Shown here: positions 57,507 to 64,000 of the stretch, piece after piece
Layout of the letters: every line of letters begins with the position of its first letter
Position numbering within the stretch: the stretch's first letter is position 1
Source: a virus
IMG/VR virus record: IMGVR_UViG_3300007987_000009
DNA length: 64,000 nt
Reading direction: 5' to 3' (one strand)
Position numbers and translations under genes: made by a program
Notes under the pieces: generated by a model
The model's database searches: none
The model's input: only the letters and a program-made list of their open reading frames with translations
Told to the model about the DNA's origin: nothing

Positions 57507-58223
57507 TTAGAGACTGTCTAAACTAGGAACCTTAGACACTTTGTTTTCAAAAGCTACACAAGCCTCGCCATTATTTTTAAGTAGCTTTTCAAAGTTTGTA
57601 AAGCTTATATAAGCGTGACCATTATCGGCCCAACCTCTTCCCCAAGAGTTTTTGATTCTGAACAACTCTTTGTCTCTGTTAATACCATTGATTAGATAAG
57701 CGTGGCCCCCTTGGTCCGCTCCCGTGGGTCTCATTATATAACGATGGCTTGTTGGGTTAGTCATATTTCGGGTCCAATGTGTACCAACAACCATTGGACC
57801 AATATGTGTTACGGCAGCAATTACATCATCAAGGGTTTTTGCCCAACGATATTCACCAATAACACCAAGTTTCTGAAGAATTTTAGCACCAGCCCGAACC
57901 GTTGTTCCTTCATAATTTTCACCCGGAATTTGATCCCAGAGTTGGCATAATCTGTAGAACTCGGTCATGTCAAACATAGGTTTTGGTCTTCCCGGAATAA
58001 CATCCTGAATTACAGGTCCGTCTTCCAGCCAGTGCGACCAACTATAAACTACACATCTTGGCGTTCTTCCTTGATCACCACTCCAACCTTCAGCCCACCA
58101 AAACTTTTGCCTGATGTCAGGCAGACCTTCTTGAGGAATTACGTCTCTAATCAGGTAATTTTCGTCTTTTGGGTCTTCCAGATATACTCTACCGAAATTA
58201 ATGTTTTTGACTTGATTGTTCAT
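57507..58223 (-). CDS. Papain-like C1 cysteine peptidase
   Basis: DQG.TPRCV, GGHAY, IKNSWG.GWADNG. Confidence 0.85.
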   Translation of the reverse strand: MNNQVKNINFGRVYLEDPKDENYLIRDVIPQEGLPDIRQKFWWAEGWSGDQGRTPRCVVYSWSHWLEDGPVIQDVIPGRPKPMFDMTEFYRLCQLWDQIPGENYEGTTVRAGAKILQKLGVIGEYRWAKTLDDVIAAVTHIGPMVVGTHWTRNMTNPTSHRYIMRPTGADQGGHAYLINGINRDKELFRIKNSWGRGWADNGHAYISFTNFEKLLKNNGEACVAFENKVSKVPSLDSL

Positions 58224-58272
58224 ATATAATATGCTATACTTCTGTGTTGGATATTTATATTTGGAGTAAAAC

Positions 58273-59118
58273 ATGTTTAGAATAATCAGTGATTTGCATT
58301 TAGAAGGAATGGACAAATACTCTCTTCCAAAAACCAAAAACGAGAAGGAAATTGTATTGTTTCTAGCTGGAGACATTTGCGAATTTCATATGATTACCTA
58401 TCATGAACCTTACCAGAAATTCCTCACAGACTGCAATAAAAGATTTAAATTAACAATTTATGTTCCCGGAAACCACGAATATTATGGTTCTTCTATTGTA
58501 GATTTCAGAAAATATAAAACTTTAATAGAAAAGAAATACAAAAATGTAAAGGTCGTGGATCGTGAAATAATTACTGTTCCGATAACAGTAAAAGGGAAAG
58601 AAACTAACTTCAAAGTTGTATGTGCTACGTTGTGGACTGACATGAATAGGAAAGATCCTATTACAAAAGTCAGGGGACAAACATACCTCAAAGATTTCAA
58701 TATGATCAAAGAATTCACACCGGAACTCTTTATCGAAGAAAACGAAAAAGCAAGAACATTTATTCGTTACGCTGTTATGGATTCTGAAGAAAGATCAGAG
58801 CCAACCATTGTTATTACCCACTACGGACCTACATATAAATCCGTAAGTCCCACATACCAAAACCTCGGATATCAAACCAATGGTTTGTTCGTTAACAATG
58901 ACCTAGACCTGTTATTTGAAGCCCTTCCTCTGCGCCTGTGGGTTCATGGGCATACCCACGAGAGTGTTAACCATCTATTGGGGCATGGGTGTAGAGTTAT
59001 TGCTAACCCGAAGGGGTGGACAAGCTTAATATCGTTGGGGGGTAAAGTTCTATCGAATCATCAAAACTCTAATTACGATGAACTTTTTACCCTATCTCCA
59101 GAAGACTTGTATTTCTGA
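58273..59118 (+). CDS. Calcineurin-like metallophosphoesterase
   Basis: ISDLHLE, LAGDI, VPGNHEYY, WVHGHTH, ANPKG. Confidence 0.9.
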   Translation: MFRIISDLHLEGMDKYSLPKTKNEKEIVLFLAGDICEFHMITYHEPYQKFLTDCNKRFKLTIYVPGNHEYYGSSIVDFRKYKTLIEKKYKNVKVVDREIITVPITVKGKETNFKVVCATLWTDMNRKDPITKVRGQTYLKDFNMIKEFTPELFIEENEKARTFIRYAVMDSEERSEPTIVITHYGPTYKSVSPTYQNLGYQTNGLFVNNDLDLLFEALPLRLWVHGHTHESVNHLLGHGCRVIANPKGWTSLISLGGKVLSNHQNSNYDELFTLSPEDLYF

Positions 59119-59705
59119 ACAGCTTTTTCGTGGTTTATTCTGATTAGGTCAATGAGAGATGCAAATTCTTGGGGAATACCCAAGATTTGCATTTTATAGG
59201 TTTGCTTGACAAATTGGTCTTCATTCCCGAACAAATATTTTAGGTAGCTTGGAGTTATTTTATCGTCGTAGGCTACAAATACGATACTACCATCTTCTAG
59301 TTTGTTTTGGAAGCTGTATGCTGCACTCAGACGCGTCAAAACGGCCTGTTTAAGGGTAGAGCCTCCAGTCCTAACATCTTCCTTAGAAAGCTCTGATAAT
59401 AGCGGATAGAGCTTTTTATAAGCCAAAGACTTCTCAGACAGCGGTTTGAAATACGGAGCATCTAAACATCGCATGATAAGGGTTGCAGCTTTCAAACGAG
59501 TTGTGGCATGAACTCTATTCATTACGGCAGGAGAAATAGTCGAGAGTTTGTTCACTGTTGTAGAAACAATGTTGACTGCATTGACTCGTCTTTTAATTTT
59601 CTTCCATTCATTATACAGTTGGTTGACAGTATCAATTGAATATTTGACCTCTTTCTGTGCGGCCTTTTCTGATTCAAATAGTTGAATTTCTTTTAAAAAG
59701 TTCAT
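59073..59705 (-). CDS. Hypothetical late protein
   Basis: MNFLKEI N-terminus; TATAAATA upstream on minus strand. Confidence 0.55.
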   Translation of the reverse strand: MNFLKEIQLFESEKAAQKEVKYSIDTVNQLYNEWKKIKRRVNAVNIVSTTVNKLSTISPAVMNRVHATTRLKAATLIMRCLDAPYFKPLSEKSLAYKKLYPLLSELSKEDVRTGGSTLKQAVLTRLSAAYSFQNKLEDGSIVFVAYDDKITPSYLKYLFGNEDQFVKQTYKMQILGIPQEFASLIDLIRINHEKAVQKYKSSGDRVKSSS

Positions 59706-59744
59706 ACATAAATAACATTGTGCTAAGATATTTATAAACTTAAA

Positions 59745-60086
59745 ATGGAAACAATACGGGTTTTATCAGAAGACGAGAGAAACAGAATATCACACATAAC
59801 TAAAATAGTTAACCATTTTCTTTCCAAAAAAACTTTGTTCGAGAGACGAACACAAGATGAAAACAACAGAACAACTCTTGGGGGTGTTTCTTTTTTTTAC
59901 AAGTTTGAGAAAGACCAAAGTGGTAATGTCAAGAACGTTACTCTAGTTTGGGACGTACATCCTAAAGATTGGGAAGACTCTCTAATACTCGAAGACATTA
60001 GAACTCAGGAAGCTTATATGGACAAAGCTCAAGAAACGGGCGAAGCCTTTGGCTCCAACCCGCATTACAACCCATTTAGGTATTAG
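59745..60086 (+). CDS. Hypothetical protein
   Basis: ORF. Confidence 0.5.
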   Translation: METIRVLSEDERNRISHITKIVNHFLSKKTLFERRTQDENNRTTLGGVSFFYKFEKDQSGNVKNVTLVWDVHPKDWEDSLILEDIRTQEAYMDKAQETGEAFGSNPHYNPFRY

Positions 60087-60415
60087 CGTTTAGGAATAGA
60101 TGCAGCAATCTCGATATTGCTGGTGTGGCGAATGTATAGCTGTTCCATTTCTTTATGAGCCTCAAATGCTGTTACAAAATGAGAAGAATCCCAGATTATG
60201 GCGGTGTCTTCTTTTAACGTAAAAGAAAAGGGGGCTAGTCCCACACGAACTCCACCAGATTGTGGATCTTGTTGTGGGATTATGGCAAGTGGGTTTGTTA
60301 CGCTTACTGCGTTAACACTTTGAATTCCGTTTTCAAGAATGTTTTTTCCAACCACATCATCTACTTTTACGACAAAATCTTGAAGAGTTGCTGAGTGTTT
60401 AAGAATAATTACCAT
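60083..60415 (-). CDS. Sm-like-fold phage hypothetical protein
   Basis: NPLAII..VGLAPF..Y...TSNI pattern. Confidence 0.5.
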   Translation of the reverse strand: MVIILKHSATLQDFVVKVDDVVGKNILENGIQSVNAVSVTNPLAIIPQQDPQSGGVRVGLAPFSFTLKEDTAIIWDSSHFVTAFEAHKEMEQLYIRHTSNIEIAASIPKR

Positions 60416-60419
60416 TTGA

Positions 60420-61484
60420 TTAGTCTCCTATAGTTGTGTTTTCAAATGTACGATTGTGGGTGTTATTTACCCGAACGAAAGTTGTGCGTTTCGGTAGTTC
60501 TTTTATTTTCTTAGCACCAACATAGGCGCAAGTACTTCTGATGCCACCGAGAATATCTTTTATAACTTCCTCGACCGGCCCAGAATATGGTATTTTTGCT
60601 GTACGACCCTCACTACTCCTATAATCTTTCAAACCGTCTCCGAACTTTTCTTGTGCTGTTCTAGAAGACATACCATAATTGATACAGAATTTTTTACCAT
60701 CTGGTCCAGTAATAATGTCACTGCCAGATTCATCACAACCGGCGAAAAAAGACCCGGACATTACGATGTCTGCACCACCCCCAAGGGCCTTGCCGAAGTC
60801 TCCGACATGAACACAGCCGCCGTCAGAAATGATATGACCACCCATACCATGTGCGGAATCGGAGCATTCAATGACAGAACTCAACTGCGGAATTCCTACA
60901 CCGGCTTTGATTCGGGTTGTGCAAACGCTACCATTGCCAATTCCAATTTTAACAATATCGGCCCCTGCAAGAATAAGAGCTTCCGTCATTTCGGCGGTAA
61001 CTACATTCCCGGCAGCTATTGTGAAAGATGGAAACATTTCACGAATGCGAGAGACATAATCGACGAATGTTTCGGAATAGCCGTTGGCCACATCAATCAT
61101 GACTCGTTTTATTCTTTCATGTGGTTCTCGACCCCTGTTGAGTTGAGCTAGAGCTTCTGCGTCTTCCATATTCATCCCCATGGGGAAAAACAGGTTGTCA
61201 ATATTAGTGGTTGTGTTTGAAAGAAAACTCTTCCATTCGACCAAGGTATAATGCTTATGCACCGTAGCCAAACATCCATTACGAAGCAATACTTCTGCAA
61301 TCTCAAAGGTTCCACTGGTGGCCATATTAGCATTCATTATTGGCACAAAAGTCATTTTTGATTCAGCATAAGGAAGTTCTATTTCTCGGAAGAGATTAAC
61401 ATCTTTCCTGCTTGTGAGAGTGCTTCTTTTTGGGCGTATGCTTACGTCTGAGAAGTCTAGTTTTATATCATGTTCAATGTGCAT
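60420..61484 (-). CDS. guaC: GMP reductase
   Basis: RPKRSTL.SR, IDVANGYSE, GNVVT, GSVCTTR, YGMSS, YRSSEG, GGIRSTCAYVGA. Confidence 0.95.
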   Translation of the reverse strand: MHIEHDIKLDFSDVSIRPKRSTLTSRKDVNLFREIELPYAESKMTFVPIMNANMATSGTFEIAEVLLRNGCLATVHKHYTLVEWKSFLSNTTTNIDNLFFPMGMNMEDAEALAQLNRGREPHERIKRVMIDVANGYSETFVDYVSRIREMFPSFTIAAGNVVTAEMTEALILAGADIVKIGIGNGSVCTTRIKAGVGIPQLSSVIECSDSAHGMGGHIISDGGCVHVGDFGKALGGGADIVMSGSFFAGCDESGSDIITGPDGKKFCINYGMSSRTAQEKFGDGLKDYRSSEGRTAKIPYSGPVEEVIKDILGGIRSTCAYVGAKKIKELPKRTTFVRVNNTHNRTFENTTIGD

Positions 61485-61601
61485 TTTTTACTCCTGTTCG
61501 CCTGTCGTCATAGACTAGAGACTTGACCCTTTGGTGTCAATTATTTCATATGACTTTCTACCCTTATAAATAGTACTGAATTTCCTAAAAAGGTAAGAAC
61601 A

Positions 61602-62093
61602 ATGGGAGAATTATACAATATATTGCGTGAGTTTGATATCAGTTTCGCGGATCACGACGATGAAGATGAAAGAAGCGAATTCACTTTTGGTGACGACGAT
61701 GACACTGACGGAGTTGATGACACTGATAGAGTCGTAGATTTCCGTGATGGTGAAGATGAAGACAAAGATGATGGCGACATCGAGTTTGATCGAGATGAAG
61801 ACGAGGATGATCTTGAAAGCGACGATGATGACGGCACGAGCTTTGATCGCGGAGATAAAGATTTCGGTGGTGAGGATGATGGCCAAGACACGTTTGCTGG
61901 AGAGAAAAGGGTTGATATCACCAACAAGCTAAGAAGCATGTTAGGCTTGGACAAAGATGGTGAAGAAACGGGTGACGAAGAACAAGAACGCTTTACCCCA
62001 TCTCTGTCTGATTTGGATTTGGACGATGGGGAAGAGGAAGAAGAAGACAGTGAATTTGACTTCGACGTTTTTAACAAAAGAGGTGCAAAATAA
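61602..62093 (+). CDS. Highly acidic late protein
   Basis: Asp/Glu-rich ORF; TATAAATA upstream. Confidence 0.7.
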   Translation: MGELYNILREFDISFADHDDEDERSEFTFGDDDDTDGVDDTDRVVDFRDGEDEDKDDGDIEFDRDEDEDDLESDDDDGTSFDRGDKDFGGEDDGQDTFAGEKRVDITNKLRSMLGLDKDGEETGDEEQERFTPSLSDLDLDDGEEEEEDSEFDFDVFNKRGAK

Positions 62094-62473
62094 TGAGCAT
62101 TGTATATGATCTACTAGTTGAGAACAAAATCAACAACAACATTAAAACGGTGAAGAGAGAATATAATTCTCTTCTAAGAGAATCTAAACAGGACTTGACT
62201 CTGTTCAAGAACGAGTTCCAAACGTTAAATGAGACTACCAACGTCGACGATTCTGATTTGCGTAAAAGCTTCAAGCAGGTTTCAGAATGCTTGAAAGAAG
62301 CAAAAGCGTTAATCATTGAAGCGGAAGGTATGAAGAATCTTAAAGAACAGCAGGAAACCATCAGAAAAGCTTACCGTGTTGTTCGTGAAGGTCAGGACTT
62401 GCGCGAAGCACTTATGGAAGATTTCAGCCAAACCGTTTCCCAAGCACAGAAAATATTTGAAAGCGTAATATAA
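62093..62473 (+). CDS. Hypothetical coiled-coil protein
   Basis: Coupled ORF. Confidence 0.6.
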   Translation: MSIVYDLLVENKINNNIKTVKREYNSLLRESKQDLTLFKNEFQTLNETTNVDDSDLRKSFKQVSECLKEAKALIIEAEGMKNLKEQQETIRKAYRVVREGQDLREALMEDFSQTVSQAQKIFESVI

Positions 62474-62497
62474 AAAGGGGCCTTCGGCCCCTTTTTT
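62472..62497. terminator. Bidirectional intrinsic terminator
   Basis: AAAAAGGGGCC-TTCG-GCCCCTTTTTT. Confidence 0.88.
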
Positions 62498-62519
62498 ACC
62501 ACATTTTTATGTAGGTATT

Positions 62520-62864
62520 TTACGAAAAGATACGCTGTTCAAAACCGCGACGAGGAATCGCCTGACGATTCTGACCGTTCCAGAGGTTATAATAGGTACC
62601 GTTGCCCTTCTGAACGCTCTTGAGGAACTTATTGCGAGAGGTGGACCAAATTCTACCGTTAGGGTAGGCAAGATAACTGGGGAAGCCCGGAATGGAACGA
62701 GCCACAGGGATGTCGGAATAGCTATCGCCACTTGCAATTCGACGAATTGTAGAAGCTGCTGCGGAATGGCGCTGTGCCACGGAAGAGGGAGATTCGCCCA
62801 ATACGTTGATTGCGTGACGAATGCTGCACACCTGATTTTTCGTAAACCGTCTTTGTGTATTCAT
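62520..62864 (-). CDS. HTH + NUMOD4-like DNA-binding protein
   Basis: VAQRH..AASTIRRIASG and IPGFPSY..NGRIWS; AAGGAG RBS. Confidence 0.6.
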   Translation of the reverse strand: MNTQRRFTKNQVCSIRHAINVLGESPSSVAQRHSAAASTIRRIASGDSYSDIPVARSIPGFPSYLAYPNGRIWSTSRNKFLKSVQKGNGTYYNLWNGQNRQAIPRRGFEQRIFS

Positions 62865-62948
62865 GTATTAACTCCTTAATTTTGTTAAAGTTTTTCTAAT
62901 TCGCCCTATTGCGAACCTTCGATATATTACAGCAATAGCGCGGATGTG

Positions 62949-63779
62949 TCAAGTATCTTTCTGGCTTTTTGCTTCACCATCTACATCATACAGTCGGTCT
63001 TTCCCTACGAAGGGATTTTCGGACGCCGCGAAAGGATTGTACTCTTCTATTTCTATTTTCTTGACACACAACGGGCCATTTACCACTCCGCCGAACTCCC
63101 CGAGGTTACCTATATCTTCGCAATCTTCTGGAAAATCTTCTAAATCACTTTTATCCTCTATATCCTTTTCAGTAAGAACACGAACACCCGCAAAACCGGA
63201 GGTTTCGGGGGCGTGGTAGTTATTCACGAAAATTTGGAATGTCCGCTTCCCGTAGCCGGTCAACAATAAACGGAAATTTTTATCATACAACACTGCATCT
63301 TCCAATTCCTCGTTAATCGCCTCAAGAGATTCAAAGAACACATCCTTGCCAAGAATAACGCTGTTCAAATCTACAATGTCTTTTCTTAGCTTTATCCTGT
63401 AGAAATTGATACCAGAACCAAAGTTACCTTCATTAAAAATCCAAAGGGTGTTGGTGGGGCGATTGAACATTTTTTCGTTGATATCCATTTTATTCAAGAA
63501 CCGTTCTGGGTCATAATTATCGGAGAACTGTTCCATGTAATTGATAACAATGAAATCTTTTTCACCAGAATAATTTTTATCAAGGAATACATTTAATCCC
63601 TCTGCTGAAAGAGGCAAGGGCGTTACCCTGTTTTTCTTTTTTGCATCCGTTACAAGAGAAGCGAGATCAATCGTTAAATTCTCATCTCTTAGACCGTATA
63701 TTTCAGAAAGAACAACATATGGTAATGAGTTTTTAGATGCCTTAGTCGCCGATATTTGGATATAACTCAGTACAGGCAA
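62949..63779 (-). CDS. Hypothetical protein
   Basis: Long ORF. Confidence 0.55.
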   Translation of the reverse strand: MPVLSYIQISATKASKNSLPYVVLSEIYGLRDENLTIDLASLVTDAKKKNRVTPLPLSAEGLNVFLDKNYSGEKDFIVINYMEQFSDNYDPERFLNKMDINEKMFNRPTNTLWIFNEGNFGSGINFYRIKLRKDIVDLNSVILGKDVFFESLEAINEELEDAVLYDKNFRLLLTGYGKRTFQIFVNNYHAPETSGFAGVRVLTEKDIEDKSDLEDFPEDCEDIGNLGEFGGVVNGPLCVKKIEIEEYNPFAASENPFVGKDRLYDVDGEAKSQKDT

Positions 63780-64000
63780 CGGTCTCGGATGGGTGCGTAG
63801 GCTAATATCATTTGGGTCCGACTTGGTGAAAAATTTCTTTTTGATTTGGACAAAGAACCCATATACTCTATACTCTACTTTCTTTTGCTGCCCGTATAAC
63901 TGCTTCTAAAGTGCTAATTTTTTCTTCTGACATGTCTGTCTCCTTTGTTAAAATATATTGGTCTTATAATTGTATAGTGTTGGGGTATTTAACTCAACCT

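Noticed and set aside
1-64000. Stop-codon reassignment (alternative genetic code)
   Set aside because: Long genes are intact in the standard code, no suppressor anticodon tRNA was found, and the gene breaks are frameshifts rather than in-frame stops.

Overview
AT-rich segment of a large T4-like or jumbo dsDNA phage. It has many sigma70-type TTGACA-N17-TAnnnT early promoters and TATAAATA/TAAATA late promoters. The host is probably a Gram-negative proteobacterium (E. coli/T4-type class Ia nrdAB, a predicted beta-barrel). Main contents: (i) nrdA fractured into three ORFs that must be rejoined by two split inteins, with a free-standing HNH gene in each break, followed by nrdB; (ii) about 30 tRNA genes plus several aberrant tRNA-like RNAs, HNH genes and non-autonomous IS200/IS605-type elements abutting tRNA 5' ends; (iii) a leader-peptide attenuator; (iv) an ~850-nt ORF-poor, GNRA-rich giant RNA (GOLLD-like), followed directly by three tandem stem-closed repeat RNAs sharing AGGCYAT..GCATCCTTCTAC, the last with a circularly permuted tRNA module (YrlA/Y-RNA-like); (v) an RNA/tRNA repair kit (two RNA ligases, Thg1-like, two Pth2-like, DEDD exonuclease, vWA protein, large helical+TerD protein); (vi) glycosyl/methyltransferase genes and a processive GT2 + beta-barrel pair; (vii) four scattered late minus-strand fibre/adhesin-like genes, each frame-disrupted; (viii) guaC, peroxiredoxin, peptidases and many hypotheticals. 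All calls come from motif reading by eye; no database searches were run.
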